Assembly (NCBI GenBank): GCA_017441945.1
Contig: JAFSBG010000165.1
Span: 1,214 to 65,213 of the forward strand
DNA: 64,000 bases
Source of the DNA: Clostridia bacterium
Lineage (GTDB): Bacteria; Bacillota; Clostridia; Oscillospirales; Butyricicoccaceae
Reading direction: 5' to 3'
The translations under genes and the position numbers were made by a program. Each line of letters opens with the position of its first letter. Position 1 is the stretch's first letter. Below, piece after piece: positions 15,935 through 26,184 of this stretch. The notes below the pieces were generated by a model. That model saw nothing but the letters and a program-made list of their open reading frames with translations. It did not search any database and had not been told where the DNA came from.

Positions 15935-16498
15935 CTATTTTTTGATAATGCGGTGATAGGCATTCTTCACAGGCTTATAAAGCAGGGCGATGCCCACAAC
16001 TGTGAAGGCTGAATTGATGAATGTTGCAGGAATTGCTGTAAGCTCAGCCATGAATGCGGCGCCGAGAGCACTGCCCATGATTGTAAGCTCGATGGTATTC
16101 CACACAAAGTCGAGAAGTGTGTTGGCGATGCCGTAAATCACCGAGCAGATGATGGCGTAAATGTATTCCTTTTTTCTGTCGCCGTCTGCCTTTTTGCTGA
16201 GGGCGAGGAAGATATAGCCGACGAGAAGGCACTTGATTATAGTGCAGCAGAATACATTTGGAATTGCGTGTATGTAGCCGTTTGTAACGTCAAAAATCAC
16301 ATAGCCGATAACGCCTGCGATGGCTGCGCGGACGGGACCGAGGCACACGATTGCCAGCATTACGAAGATGTGTCCGAAGTGTACGAATGGTGTGCCCACA
16401 GCGGCAGGCAACGGGATTCGGAATGCCTGAATGCCCATGAATATGATTGCTGCAAAAAGAGCTGTTGCGGCGATGGATTTTGTGTTTGTCTGTTTCAT
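15935..16498 (-). CDS. ECF transporter S component-like membrane protein
   Basis: 187 aa with about 6 TM. The N-terminus (TKSIAATALFAAIIFMGIQAFRIPLP) is typical of ECF substrate-capture subunits. The substrate is not inferable. Abuts the peptidase gene. Confidence 0.6.
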   Translation of the reverse strand: MKQTNTKSIAATALFAAIIFMGIQAFRIPLPAAVGTPFVHFGHIFVMLAIVCLGPVRAAIAGVIGYVIFDVTNGYIHAIPNVFCCTIIKCLLVGYIFLALSKKADGDRKKEYIYAIICSVIYGIANTLLDFVWNTIELTIMGSALGAAFMAELTAIPATFINSAFTVVGIALLYKPVKNAYHRIIKK

Positions 16499-16610
16499 AG
16501 ATTCGCTCCTTTTTGGTGGTATAGTTTAATTATAGCCCTAAACTGATACCTTTTAAAGTGGCAGTTTTGAGGTTTTTGTGGGTATCAGTTTGTTTATGGG
16601 CAAAGTAAAA

Positions 16611-16648
16611 AGCCGCTTGCAAGGGGGAATGCAAACGGCTTTTTTGCA
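16611..16648 (-). terminator. clpB terminator
   Basis: AAGCCGCTTGCAAGGGGGAATGCAAACGGCTT hairpin flanked by A/T runs, 40 nt after the clpB stop. Confidence 0.7.
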
Positions 16649-16686
16649 GCTTACGCTGCTCTGTATAGTGTTTGAGAAAGGAAAGC

Positions 16687-19275
16687 TTAGTTGGATTTTA
16701 CGGCGAGGGCATCGTTTTCGACGACGACTTCGATGTGGCTGCCGTCTGTGACTGTGCCTTCGATGATTTTTCTGCCGATGAGGGTTTCGAGGTTGCTCTG
16801 GATATATCTCTTGAGTGGACGAGCGCCGTAAATCGGATCGTATGCGTTGTCGCAGATGTAATTTTTCGCCTCATCGGAGAGGGAAATTGTCATCTGTCTG
16901 CCTTCAAGGCGCTTACGCAGGCGGTTTACAAGGAGGTCGATAATCTGGTAAATCTCGCTCTTTGCCAGCGGCTTATAGAAGACGATTTCGTCCAATCTGT
17001 TGAGGAATTCAGGCTTGAAGGAACGCTTGAGAAGAGCTGTCATCTGTTCGCGTGTTTCCTCTTTTATCTCGCCGTTTTCACCGATACCGGAGAGGAGATA
17101 TTCCGAGCCCAAGTTAGATGTCAATATGATAATTGTATTCTTGAAGTCGACCGTCTTACCCTTGGAATCTGTGATTCTGCCGTCGTCAAGCACCTGAAGA
17201 AGTGTGTTGAAAACGTCAGGGTGAGCCTTTTCTATCTCATCGAAAAGAACGACGGAATAAGGCTTTGTGCGGACGGCTTCTGTAAGCTGACCGCCCTCCT
17301 CATAGCCCACATAGCCCGGAGGGGCGCCGATGAGACGGCTGACTGAAAACTTCTCCATATACTCCGACATATCAATGCGGACTATCGAATTTTCATCGTC
17401 GAAAAGCTGCTCGGCAAGAGCCTTTGCAAGCTCGGTTTTGCCCACGCCTGTCGGGCCTAAAAACAGGAAGGAGCCTATCGGGCGGTTAGGGTCGCCGATG
17501 CCTGCGCGGGAGCGGATTATGGCCTCTGTAACCTTATTTACAGCCTCATCCTGGCCGATTACACGGCTGTGGAGGGCTTTATCCAGATTCAGAAGCTTGT
17601 CACGCTCGGATTCAACAAGGCGTGTGACAGGGATGCCTGTCCAACGGCCGATGATTTTTGCAATCTCCTCCTCGGTGACATGGTCGCGGAGGATAGATGG
17701 AGAGGATGTGTCCTGGGCATCACGCAGTTTTTTCATAAGCTCAGGCAGCTTGCCATACTTGAGTTCAGCCAGCTTTGTAAGGTCATATTCACGCTCAAGG
17801 CGCTCGATTTCGGCGTTGACAGCCTCGATTTCCTCCTTGATTTTGTGGACAGAGCCGATATTTGCCTTTTCATTGTCCCATTTTGCCTTCATTTCGGCAT
17901 ATTCTTCCCGGAGGGAAGCCAGTTCCTTGCGGGTATTTTCAAGATTCTGCATCGCAACAGCATCGGTTTCACGCTTTAATGCCGCTTCTTCGATTTCATA
18001 CTGCATGATTTTGCGGGAGATTTCGTCAAGCTCACTTGGGAGGGAGTCGATCTCTGTGCGAATCATAGCACAGGCTTCATCTATAAGGTCGATTGCCTTG
18101 TCAGGAAGGAATCTGTCAGTTATATATCTATCAGACAAAGTTGCCGCCGCAATAATTGCGCTGTCTGTAATCTGCACACCGTGGAAAACCTCGTAACGCT
18201 CCTTAAGACCGCGGAGAATTGAGATTGTATCCTCGACAGTCGGCTCATCAGCCATGACAGGCTGGAAACGGCGCTCGAGGGCGGCATCCTTTTCGATGTA
18301 CTTGCGGTATTCGTCAATAGTTGTGGCGCCGATACAATGGAGCTCGCCTCTTGCAAGCATTGGCTTTAAAAGATTGCCTGCGTCCATTGCGCCGTCTGTC
18401 TTGCCTGCGCCGACGATGGTGTGAAGCTCGTCGATGAAGAGGATGATTCGTCCGTCCGACTCCTTGACTTCGGATAAAACAGCCTTGAGACGCTCTTCAA
18501 ATTCGCCGCGGTACTTGGCACCTGCGATGAGAGAGCCCATATCGAGGGCGAAAATAGTCTTATCTTTAAGTCCTTCCGGCACATCGCCCTTCATAATGCG
18601 GATTGCCAGACCTTCGACGATGGCTGTCTTGCCGACACCAGGCTCGCCGATGAGGACAGGATTGTTCTTGGTTTTGCGGGAAAGAATGCGGACAACGCTT
18701 CGGATTTCGCTGTCGCGGCCGATTACAGGGTCGATTTTCTGCTGACGAGCGCGCTCCACAAGGTCGTAGCCGTACTTTTTCAGCGCTTCGTAAGTTGCTT
18801 CAGGATTGTCGCTTGTGACACGGTTTGCGCTTCGCACTGTGCGGAGAGCATTTAAAAAGCCGTTTTTGTCAATGCCGAGACGGCGGAAAAAGTCCTTGAC
18901 ATTGGTTTCATTGGAGTCGATGAGAGTCATAAAGATATGCTCGACAGAAACATATTCGTCGTTCATATTTTTTGCGGCATCTTCCGAATCGGAGAGGATT
19001 TTTTCGGTTGTCGGGGAGATATAAATCTTGCCCTGCTCACGGGCTGTGCCCATTGCCTTAGGCAGTTTTGCCACATACTCGTCGGCCATTGTTTTGGCAA
19101 GATCGATATTGATGCCCATTTTTTCCAGGAGCGACGGAATAAGACCATTTTCCTGATGGACAAGGCTGCTCAGAATGTGGATAGGCTCTATCTGCGGATT
19201 GCCGTATTCGAGGACTTTTTTTTCGGCATTCTGAATTGCTTCGATGGATTTTTGTGTGAATTTCTGTGCGTTCAT
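16687..19275 (-). CDS. clpB: ATP-dependent chaperone ClpB
   Basis: 862 aa with a Clp_N domain, two AAA+ modules ([18 protein letters not shown]) and the long coiled-coil middle domain characteristic of ClpB. Confidence 0.95.
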   Translation of the reverse strand: MNAQKFTQKSIEAIQNAEKKVLEYGNPQIEPIHILSSLVHQENGLIPSLLEKMGINIDLAKTMADEYVAKLPKAMGTAREQGKIYISPTTEKILSDSEDAAKNMNDEYVSVEHIFMTLIDSNETNVKDFFRRLGIDKNGFLNALRTVRSANRVTSDNPEATYEALKKYGYDLVERARQQKIDPVIGRDSEIRSVVRILSRKTKNNPVLIGEPGVGKTAIVEGLAIRIMKGDVPEGLKDKTIFALDMGSLIAGAKYRGEFEERLKAVLSEVKESDGRIILFIDELHTIVGAGKTDGAMDAGNLLKPMLARGELHCIGATTIDEYRKYIEKDAALERRFQPVMADEPTVEDTISILRGLKERYEVFHGVQITDSAIIAAATLSDRYITDRFLPDKAIDLIDEACAMIRTEIDSLPSELDEISRKIMQYEIEEAALKRETDAVAMQNLENTRKELASLREEYAEMKAKWDNEKANIGSVHKIKEEIEAVNAEIERLEREYDLTKLAELKYGKLPELMKKLRDAQDTSSPSILRDHVTEEEIAKIIGRWTGIPVTRLVESERDKLLNLDKALHSRVIGQDEAVNKVTEAIIRSRAGIGDPNRPIGSFLFLGPTGVGKTELAKALAEQLFDDENSIVRIDMSEYMEKFSVSRLIGAPPGYVGYEEGGQLTEAVRTKPYSVVLFDEIEKAHPDVFNTLLQVLDDGRITDSKGKTVDFKNTIIILTSNLGSEYLLSGIGENGEIKEETREQMTALLKRSFKPEFLNRLDEIVFYKPLAKSEIYQIIDLLVNRLRKRLEGRQMTISLSDEAKNYICDNAYDPIYGARPLKRYIQSNLETLIGRKIIEGTVTDGSHIEVVVENDALAVKSN

Positions 19276-19299
19276 TGTTTTTTACCTCCTTGAGGTTAT

Positions 19300-19505
19300 G
19301 TGGAAATGAATTGATGCTGTGCATCATGAATTGATTTAATCATGAATTGGCTGCGCCATGAATTGCATCAAAGATGCATTTAGGTGTGAGGCAAGCTCAC
19401 ATTTGATAGGCAACAACCCCTCCGTCTTGCTATCGCAAGCCACCTCCCCGATAATGGGGGTCCCCGCAAAGCCTGCTTTGTGGGGTGAATTCACAGGGGA
19501 GGCTT
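19300..19505. repeat. intergenic hairpin mosaic D
   Basis: ATGAATT-word array with four words at 19306, 19326, 19342 and 19358, each followed by a mini-hairpin. Then GTGTGAGGCAAGCTCACATTTGATAGG, CTCCGTCTTGCTATCGCAAGCCACCTCCCC, and GGGGTCCCCGCAAAGCCTGCTTTGTGGGGTGAATTCACAGGGGAGG. Confidence 0.85.
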
Positions 19506-19512
19506 TAAGGCG

Positions 19513-20172
19513 TTAGATTATATATTTATTCTTTTTAAGAGTATTGGCGTACATTTTCTGGAATTCGTCCGGGGACAAATCGTTGTAAAGATAGGTCTTT
19601 ATCGCGCTGTCAAAGCCGTTGATATACTCGCCGAGGGCTACAGAAAGGACGGAGCCGTCACTTAAATCGGTGTTGTTGCCAACAGGGAAGCTGCGCTTGA
19701 ATTTGCCTTCGCCTATCTCATATTCTATGGCATCCTTGCGGAAATATTTATGGATGTAATGGGCTTCCATCAGCATCCACAGACGGAAGAAACCGTCTAA
19801 TTTATCCAGCAATTCGCGGCTCTGGGTGCGGAAAACCACACGCAATTCGCCGAAATTGCCTTCCGGTGTGCGGTAAAGCTCGACAGAGTATTTGATAGTC
19901 GGGCGGTATTTATAGTTGAGGGGACTCTTTAAGGAGAGCATGAAGTCGGACGGCTCTTTCGAGACTGTCAGACCCTCCGAGCGGGAAAGCTCACGGATGA
20001 GACGGTCGAAAATGCCGCTTATCTTCTGCTCGGGAGTTTCAACGCCGAGATGCTCTGCAAGAATCTGATTTATAAGATTTGAACGGTTTGTGCCGTTTAG
20101 ATATGCCGCTCTGTCGACAGCTTCGACGACAGAGTCCATAAGCATTATGCTGTACATTGATTTTTTATCCAT
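19513..20172 (-). CDS. hypothetical protein with N-terminal ribbon-helix-helix (CopG/Arc-like) motif
   Basis: 219 aa. IMLMDSVVEAVDRAAYLNGTNRSNLINQILAEHLG fits the RHH beta-alpha-alpha pattern. I do not recognise the remainder. Confidence 0.5.
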   Translation of the reverse strand: MDKKSMYSIMLMDSVVEAVDRAAYLNGTNRSNLINQILAEHLGVETPEQKISGIFDRLIRELSRSEGLTVSKEPSDFMLSLKSPLNYKYRPTIKYSVELYRTPEGNFGELRVVFRTQSRELLDKLDGFFRLWMLMEAHYIHKYFRKDAIEYEIGEGKFKRSFPVGNNTDLSDGSVLSVALGEYINGFDSAIKTYLYNDLSPDEFQKMYANTLKKNKYII

Positions 20173-20263
20173 GATGAGATTCCTTTCGGAGTGTATTGGT
20201 GTTTTTGATGTGTTTTATTCTGTTTGTTTTACAGAGTAAAGTCTTTATAAAATCAAAAGCTTT

Positions 20264-20805
20264 CTCGCCACGCGCAAGGCGTGGAACGTCTTCGACGAGT
20301 TCTTTATGCTTGCACAAAAGAACCAAAATGCCCAAACTGATCCACGCAGTTTGATCACGGGACCAGAGGGCACTCTGGACTCCTTGTGTGTTCGTTCCTC
20401 ACATATGGACAGGTTGGGGTGGGTTACATTTCTGAGAAAACTTCAATTAAACCGTAAGGTTTCCGATTTTTTGTAGGGGCGAGCATTGCTCGTCAGCCTA
20501 TTCGATCCGTGACAAAGTCACACATTATATCCGCACAGCGGAATGTAATCACACGCAGTGTGTATGTAATCGCATGGCGTATGGCATCACCAAGAGTGTA
20601 TGTAATCGGTGCCTGCGGCGCATTTAATAGGGCGGGACGTCGAGGGCGCCGTCCCCTACAAGGATTGTGCAAAGTGCGGGAATAAGTTTTATGATTATAT
20701 TACAACCCCTCCACCACCATTCGGTGGTCCCCCTCCCCTTACACAGGGGAGGCTATGGAGGGAATAAGTTTCGTTGCGGGGCGGCGTTGCTTTCCGCCCC
20801 ATGGA
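20264..20805. repeat. intergenic hairpin mosaic E
   Basis: A ~100-nt element at 20264-20361 is a diverged reverse copy of 38075-38172. Also REP 20473-20494, the GTGACAAAGTCACAC module, a GTATGTAATC-word array at ~20525-20625, REP 20632-20659, the CCACCATTCGGTGG/CCTCCCCTTACACAGGGGAGG modules, and a degenerate REP at 20776-20800. Confidence 0.85.
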
Positions 20806-21062
20806 GGAATGAGGTATTTGCGATCTATTTCAATTTTGTCGTATGTCTTAACTTCGAGATTATTGTAGCGCATTTTATTAAACTTGTCAAGAGGTTTACA
20901 TAAATATTTTATACAAGTTTCATTTTGCCCACAATAAGAAAAATATGACAAAATCTTAAAATTTTGCATTTTGTAACCGTTTTGTGGTTGATATTATTAT
21001 TTATATAGTATATAATAAAGTGAAGTGGAAATTTTATATATTTTATTGATCAGGAGAATAAT

Positions 21063-22790
21063 ATGACACAAAACAATCAGACAACACCACGCTCCTCTTC
21101 TTCAAGAAAGGGCAAGCGTGTGAAAGCGCGCAGAAGACAGGCTTTGCTTGGCATCTCTGCCCTCGCGCTCATTGCGGTTTTATGTGCCGTTTATGTTTTC
21201 ACCACAGTAATCATGCCTAAGGGCATCTTCAAGGGCGTCACATTTATGGACAAGGACCTTGCTATGATGAGCCAGACTCAGGCCGAAGAAACTATCCGTC
21301 AGGCTGTAAACTCTCTCGGCATTTCGGAAAATATCGAGCTCAACCTCGGCAACGACAAGTTTGATATTTCTACAACTCTCAACGCGGCAAACATCGATGC
21401 AAAGGCTCTTGCTGAAGATGCTTACAACTACGGCAGAGAAGGCTCCTTCTCCGAACGTATGAAGGCTATCAAGGCTGCGAAGAAGGACGGCTACAAGCTT
21501 TCCTGCGATATCGCGCCTGACAGAGAAGCTCTTCTTTCCCAGATTGACGAAGCTATCAAGGCTGCAAGCGCAAACTCGGGCAACGAGCTTTATGAGCTTA
21601 AGGGCGAAGAGATTATTGTAAATCTTGACCACGGCATGAGCTTTGACAGAGAAAAGATTGCTGACCTTCTCGTTGAGAAGATTACAGCTCTCGATTTTGC
21701 TCCGATTTCCTATGAGCCTGACGAAGGCGAAATCAGCGCGGCAACTCTCAAGAGCATGGTAGACGTTGAAATGGCTGAGCCTACTATCGACGTCAATGAC
21801 CCTACATGCCAGACAATCATTCCTGGCGTTGTCGGCTACACACTCGATGCAAAGCAGGCTGAATATCTCATCGAAAATGCAGAAAGCGACACAGTTGCTA
21901 TCCCTGTTACAGTCACAAAGCCTACTTACACAGACGAACAGTACAAGTCGATGATTTTCCGTGATGTGCTTTCCAGCCAGTCCACATCCTTTAACGGCAA
22001 CCAGATCCAGCGTACAGCAAACATCCGCATTGCGGCAAGTGACTGCGAAACTGTCATTATGCCTGGCGAAGAGTTCTCCTACACAGAACAGGTAGGCAGA
22101 ATCACACGTGAAAAGGGCTATCAGGATGCTTTAGTCTTCAGCCAGGGCGAAGTTGTTGACGGTCTCGGCGGCGGCGTTTGCCAGGTTTCTTCCACAATTT
22201 ACATGGCTGCTATGTATGCTGACATGGAAATCACAGTAAGACGTAACCACAGCTTTGTTGTTTCCTACACACCTGTCGGTCAGGACGCTACATTCGTTTA
22301 CGGCGGTCAGGACTTCAAGTTCAGAAACAACACAAACTTCCCAATCAAGATAGACTGCTCTGTTGGCAAGAACTCCATCACAGTAAAAATTATCGGTACT
22401 CAGGAAACACTGGGCAAATCTGTCAAGGTTATTACTGAAATCCTTTCTACAAATCCGTTTGAAGAACAGCACGTTTATGACCCCACACTTGCGCCTGACG
22501 AAGTAAAGGTAAAGAATGTGGGCTACACAGGCTACAAGGCTAACACATACCGTATTATTTACATCGACGGCAAGGAAGTTTCCAGAAACTTTGAAGCTTC
22601 CAGCACATACAAGCGCCTTGACAAGGTGACACTTTACGGCACAGACCCTAATGCTCCTGTAGTCGAGCCTGTAGTGCCGCCAACAGAAGCTCCGACCGAA
22701 GCACCAACAGAGGCACCGACAACTGCACCTACAGAAGCTCCGACTGAAGCTCCTACAGAGGCAACCGAAGGCACAACTGCGGCGGAATAG
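21063..22790 (+). CDS. VanW family protein with N-terminal TM and C-terminal P/T/E/A repeat tail
   Basis: 575 aa with the VanW core GYQDALVFSQGEVVDGLGGGVCQVSSTIYMAA. A signal-anchor lies at residues ~27-50. The tail is PTEAPTEAPTEAPTTAPTEAPTEAPTEA. Confidence 0.85.
   Translation: MTQNNQTTPRSSSSRKGKRVKARRRQALLGISALALIAVLCAVYVFTTVIMPKGIFKGVTFMDKDLAMMSQTQAEETIRQAVNSLGISENIELNLGNDKFDISTTLNAANIDAKALAEDAYNYGREGSFSERMKAIKAAKKDGYKLSCDIAPDREALLSQIDEAIKAASANSGNELYELKGEEIIVNLDHGMSFDREKIADLLVEKITALDFAPISYEPDEGEISAATLKSMVDVEMAEPTIDVNDPTCQTIIPGVVGYTLDAKQAEYLIENAESDTVAIPVTVTKPTYTDEQYKSMIFRDVLSSQSTSFNGNQIQRTANIRIAASDCETVIMPGEEFSYTEQVGRITREKGYQDALVFSQGEVVDGLGGGVCQVSSTIYMAAMYADMEITVRRNHSFVVSYTPVGQDATFVYGGQDFKFRNNTNFPIKIDCSVGKNSITVKIIGTQETLGKSVKVITEILSTNPFEEQHVYDPTLAPDEVKVKNVGYTGYKANTYRIIYIDGKEVSRNFEASSTYKRLDKVTLYGTDPNAPVVEPVVPPTEAPTEAPTEAPTTAPTEAPTEAPTEATEGTTAAE
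22678..22768 (+). repeat. in-frame 12-nt tandem repeat encoding (PTEA)n
   Basis: About 7 imperfect copies of CCNACNGARGCN at the 3' end of the VanW gene. Confidence 0.8.
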
Positions 22791-22795
22791 CAGGT

Positions 22796-23045
22796 ATCAC
22801 CTGCGGTGATGCGATATGCACTTCGTGCGCGATATAATGCTTCGCATTGCGATATTCGCTTTTTACCCCACAATTGCGAGCGATATGTTTGCTTTGCAAA
22901 CGTTGTGGTGTGACAAGTCACATTGGATAAGTTCACTCCCTCCGTCACACTTCGTGTGCCACCTCCCTCGTCTGAGGGAGGCAAGAAAGCTTCGATTTAA
23001 TCAAAGCTTTTCATTACGGAACGTCGAGAACGCCGTTCCCTGCAT
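22796..23045. repeat. intergenic hairpin mosaic F (GCGATAT array copy 1)
   Basis: ATCACCTGCGGTGAT starts 6 nt after the stop, followed by GCGATAT + mini-hairpin units to 22910. Then GTGTGACAAGTCACATTGGATAAG, CTCCCTCCGTCACACTTCGTGTGCCACCTCCCTCGTCTGAGGGAGGCAAGA, and a degenerate REP at 23017-23043. Confidence 0.9.
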
Positions 23046-23092
23046 TCTTTTCTACACCATGCACATTCAACTAAAACTCCACAGAGGAAAAC

Positions 23093-24010
23093 ATGAAAAA
23101 TTTCAACACATCTTACATCAAAAAATCGGCAAAATCATTTATCAACGCCAACAAGGGCGAGGTGAGAAAGGCGGCTCTGCTCAGCCTTGTCATCGCTCTT
23201 ATCATTCATTTTGCTCTCAGCCTTATAGGCAGCAGCTCACTTTCCATCATTGGCATCGTGCTGCTCATCATCCTTCCTGCTCCTGCGCAGATTGGCTATC
23301 TCAATATGTGCCACCGCATGAACAAGGGCATGGACGCATCTTTCAAAAATGTTCTTGACTTCTATAAAAACGGTAAAAAGCTCAAGGACAGCCTTCTCAC
23401 TCAACTTTACTACTGGGGCAACCTTGCAATCTGGTTTATCGCCTATGTATTCTGCCCTATGGGTATTATGTATCTTATCTGGGGCGACACACTTGCAGGC
23501 GGCGACGCTCTTCTCAAGATGTCTGTTGCCTATGTGCTTTTCGGCGGCACACTTATCATTGCCGCTGTGCCTTATCTTTTCCATATGCTCAGATATTCGG
23601 GCGGTCTTTTCTACGCAGGCGAGGAAACACATCTCGGCATCAAGATGCGTTTCGACATCGGCAAGGATTTCATCAAGCCGCATATCTACCGCTATCTCAT
23701 TCTTTCGATTTCCTACGCTCCAAGCTGGATAATCTCTGTTGTGCCTGTTCTTGCGGCTATGCTTTTCGCAACATCGCTTCCTGCTGTTGTCACATACGCT
23801 CTCGGTATTTTCGGCTATACATATTATATTATGGTGTTTATGCCTCAGTTCAACATGGCTTCTATGCTTATGTTTGAGCGTATGCAGAAGCCTGACGAGG
23901 AAATGCCTTATAATATTAACGGCGAAATGGTTGAGTTTCATGTTGGCAGAAAGCAGAAGGACAAGAAGCCTATCTATCACGCAAAGCGTAAGGGTTCGGG
24001 TAAGAAGTAG
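23093..24010 (+). CDS. DUF975-like polytopic membrane protein, paralogue 1
   Basis: 305 aa with about 6 TM and a K-rich tail. It shares the (L/F)RY.G.L(F/Y) motif (LRYSGGLFYAGEE) and overall layout with 24375-25142 and 25180-26181. The family name is from memory. Confidence 0.6.
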   Translation: MKNFNTSYIKKSAKSFINANKGEVRKAALLSLVIALIIHFALSLIGSSSLSIIGIVLLIILPAPAQIGYLNMCHRMNKGMDASFKNVLDFYKNGKKLKDSLLTQLYYWGNLAIWFIAYVFCPMGIMYLIWGDTLAGGDALLKMSVAYVLFGGTLIIAAVPYLFHMLRYSGGLFYAGEETHLGIKMRFDIGKDFIKPHIYRYLILSISYAPSWIISVVPVLAAMLFATSLPAVVTYALGIFGYTYYIMVFMPQFNMASMLMFERMQKPDEEMPYNINGEMVEFHVGRKQKDKKPIYHAKRKGSGKK

Positions 24011-24015
24011 CACAT

Positions 24016-24335
24016 ATCACCTGCGGTGATGCGATATACACTTCGTTCGCGATATAATGCTTCGCATTGCGATATTCGCTTTTTACCCCAGGCGGCAGGC
24101 CACCCGGGGACCCCACAATTGCGAGCGATATGTTTGCTTTGCAAACGTTGTGGTGCCTGCGGCGCGTTTGATAAAACGAGCTACGCTCTGTGGGAGGGCA
24201 CAGAGACCCTCCCCTACATCTTCCTTGTTAAGAACAAGTTTGTAGGGGCGGCGGTTCCATCCCCGCCCGCTTATCAAATCCGTGCGAAGCACACCGCAGT
24301 TCTTCACTTTTAACTATTACTTATAACTTTGCAAT
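24016..24335. repeat. intergenic hairpin mosaic G (GCGATAT array copy 2)
   Basis: The array at 24016-24155 is near-identical to 22796-22910 apart from a 25-nt indel (24091-24115) and 2 substitutions. Also REP 24192-24217, hairpin CTTGTTAAGAACAAG, REP 24242-24270, and TTCACTTTTAACTATTACTTATAACTTT words. Confidence 0.9.
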
Positions 24336-24374
24336 CACACACCTGTACGCCCCCGTTTAATAAGGAGGTATAAT

Positions 24375-25142
24375 ATGGCATTAAACCCTAAAACCAACGT
24401 CTACACACAGCGCGCATCGGCAATTTACAAGGAAAATATAAAAATAATTTTCCTTCTGGCTGCTCTTACCGCAGTATTGGAAATCGTTTTCGATGCACTT
24501 GGCAATAACAGCGACGGCATTGTCGGTCTTATCATTATGATAGTACGCATAATTGTAACAGCTCCGCTGCTTATCTGCACATACCATGTATATACCCGCG
24601 CTATCAACGGCAAATCAACATCGGCGGATTTTGTTTTCACATGGCTTACCAATATAAGCCGTATTAAAAACGGCGCCGAAGCCGAAATCAGAATCACAAT
24701 CAAGGCTATCGGCTGGTATATCGTTTATGCAGTTATCGTTGTTTTCAGCGCATTTTTAGGTCCTCTTTCCTTTATCGGAATTGCAGGCGGCTTTATTTTC
24801 CTCACATATATGCTCCTCAGATACAACGGCGCACTTTATGAATGCGCCGCAAACCCTGACTGTGATGTAAAGCAGATGGTAGAATTCGGCATTGATAAGT
24901 TGAAGGTCTGCATGGGCGAATATGTAAACCTCTGGCTCGCTTCCGCTCTCCCTGCTATTCTTATCATCACAGTGCTTGAAATGTTTCTTGCACAGTCATG
25001 GATTGTCCATATTATCCGTATTTTAAGCTTTATAGTTATCGACCTTTTCATTCTTCCACGATTCCATATTGCAGGCATTATGCTCTATAATGACGGCTAT
25101 ATGGTGCCTGTCACACAGGCTCGTGAAGATTTTGAAATGTAA
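24375..25142 (+). CDS. DUF975-like polytopic membrane protein, paralogue 2
   Basis: 255 aa with RBS AAGGAGG and motif LRYNGALYECAANPD. Same topology as its neighbours. Confidence 0.6.
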   Translation: MALNPKTNVYTQRASAIYKENIKIIFLLAALTAVLEIVFDALGNNSDGIVGLIIMIVRIIVTAPLLICTYHVYTRAINGKSTSADFVFTWLTNISRIKNGAEAEIRITIKAIGWYIVYAVIVVFSAFLGPLSFIGIAGGFIFLTYMLLRYNGALYECAANPDCDVKQMVEFGIDKLKVCMGEYVNLWLASALPAILIITVLEMFLAQSWIVHIIRILSFIVIDLFILPRFHIAGIMLYNDGYMVPVTQAREDFEM

Positions 25143-25179
25143 TTTCCCCTTTATCTCACCCGAAAGGAGTGAATGTTAT

Positions 25180-26181
25180 ATGAAAAACAAAGAAATACGC
25201 AAAAAGGCGCTTCGCCTTTTTAACGATAACCTTTCCCTTATCGCCTTTATGGCGCTTATGCTGTCGCTTTTTCAGGTGGCGGTTTCTGTGGCGAGCGTTA
25301 TCACATTTGAAGCTGTCGGAGCAAACACAATCGTCAGCATGCTGAGCATGTTTGTGACAGCTCCTATCACAATCTGTATGTACAATGTCTACAGCCTGCT
25401 TATAAGGGGCGGTGTCAAGGTACACAAGGGCTACCTTTTTGAATGGCTTGGCGATTTCAAGCTTATCTGGCACAGCGTAAAGGTGCAGCTTATGTTTGCT
25501 TTCAAGCTTATTCCATGGGCTATGCTCGTTTCCATCGCTGGGAGCTTTGTTATGACAATGCTGACAGGCTATGCTGAAATCCTTGTTCTTCCCGAAACTG
25601 TGCAGATTATCGTAATGGCGGTTTTCTTCGTTATCGCCATGCTTTTCCTGCTTTATCAGTCTTTCAGATATCAGGGCGGTCTTTTTGAATGTGCCGCTGT
25701 GCCGATGAAGATTATCACCCCGATTTTCCACATCGGTATGGTCAAAATGAAGTACAACCTCAAGGATTACATCAAGCTTATGATGTCATATCTGCCGATT
25801 ATCATTCTTTTCTCGGCTCCTGTGCTGGCTTATGAGATAATCAAGGGCGAATATGATGCGATTTATTACGCTCTGCTGGTTTTTGAAACTGTGGGCACAA
25901 GCTTTGTTGTAAATCCGCTTATCGGCATTTCGGGTATGATCCGCTATAATGTAGGCGGCAAGATTCCGCCTGAGCATTTCTTCCAGTCTTTCGGCATGAA
26001 ACGCCCTAAGGAATACGGCGGCGAAGTGAACACAAGCGGCGAGGCTGAAAAGCCTGAAATCACAGACCCTGAGCCAATGCCAAGGGAAGAAAATCCTTCT
26101 CAGCCGGGCAATATCGGCGATATTCCTTTTGACAATGCGCCTTCTTCCGAGGATAATGCAGACGAGGAAGAACAGGAGTAA
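25180..26181 (+). CDS. DUF975-like polytopic membrane protein, paralogue 3
   Basis: ATG 25180 follows AAAGGAG. The ORF-track start at 25069 overlaps the previous gene. Motif FRYQGGLFECAAVP, with an acidic P/E-rich tail. Confidence 0.6.
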   Translation: MKNKEIRKKALRLFNDNLSLIAFMALMLSLFQVAVSVASVITFEAVGANTIVSMLSMFVTAPITICMYNVYSLLIRGGVKVHKGYLFEWLGDFKLIWHSVKVQLMFAFKLIPWAMLVSIAGSFVMTMLTGYAEILVLPETVQIIVMAVFFVIAMLFLLYQSFRYQGGLFECAAVPMKIITPIFHIGMVKMKYNLKDYIKLMMSYLPIIILFSAPVLAYEIIKGEYDAIYYALLVFETVGTSFVVNPLIGISGMIRYNVGGKIPPEHFFQSFGMKRPKEYGGEVNTSGEAEKPEITDPEPMPREENPSQPGNIGDIPFDNAPSSEDNADEEEQE

Positions 26182-26184
26182 ATG

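Noticed and set aside
16499-16610. Riboswitch (for example preQ1/THF) upstream of the ECF S-component gene
   Set aside because: Only an 11-bp stem (AAACTGATACC/GGTATCAGTTT) with an A-rich 30-nt loop is present, and it overlaps the likely -35 region. There is no match by eye to a known aptamer consensus.
19276-19400. CIRCE or CtsR operator upstream of clpB
   Set aside because: There is no TTAGCACTC-N9-GAGTGCTAA and no GGTCAAA tandem. The four CAATTCATG repeats belong to the ATGAATT-word array family, which also occurs at 31207 in an unrelated context.
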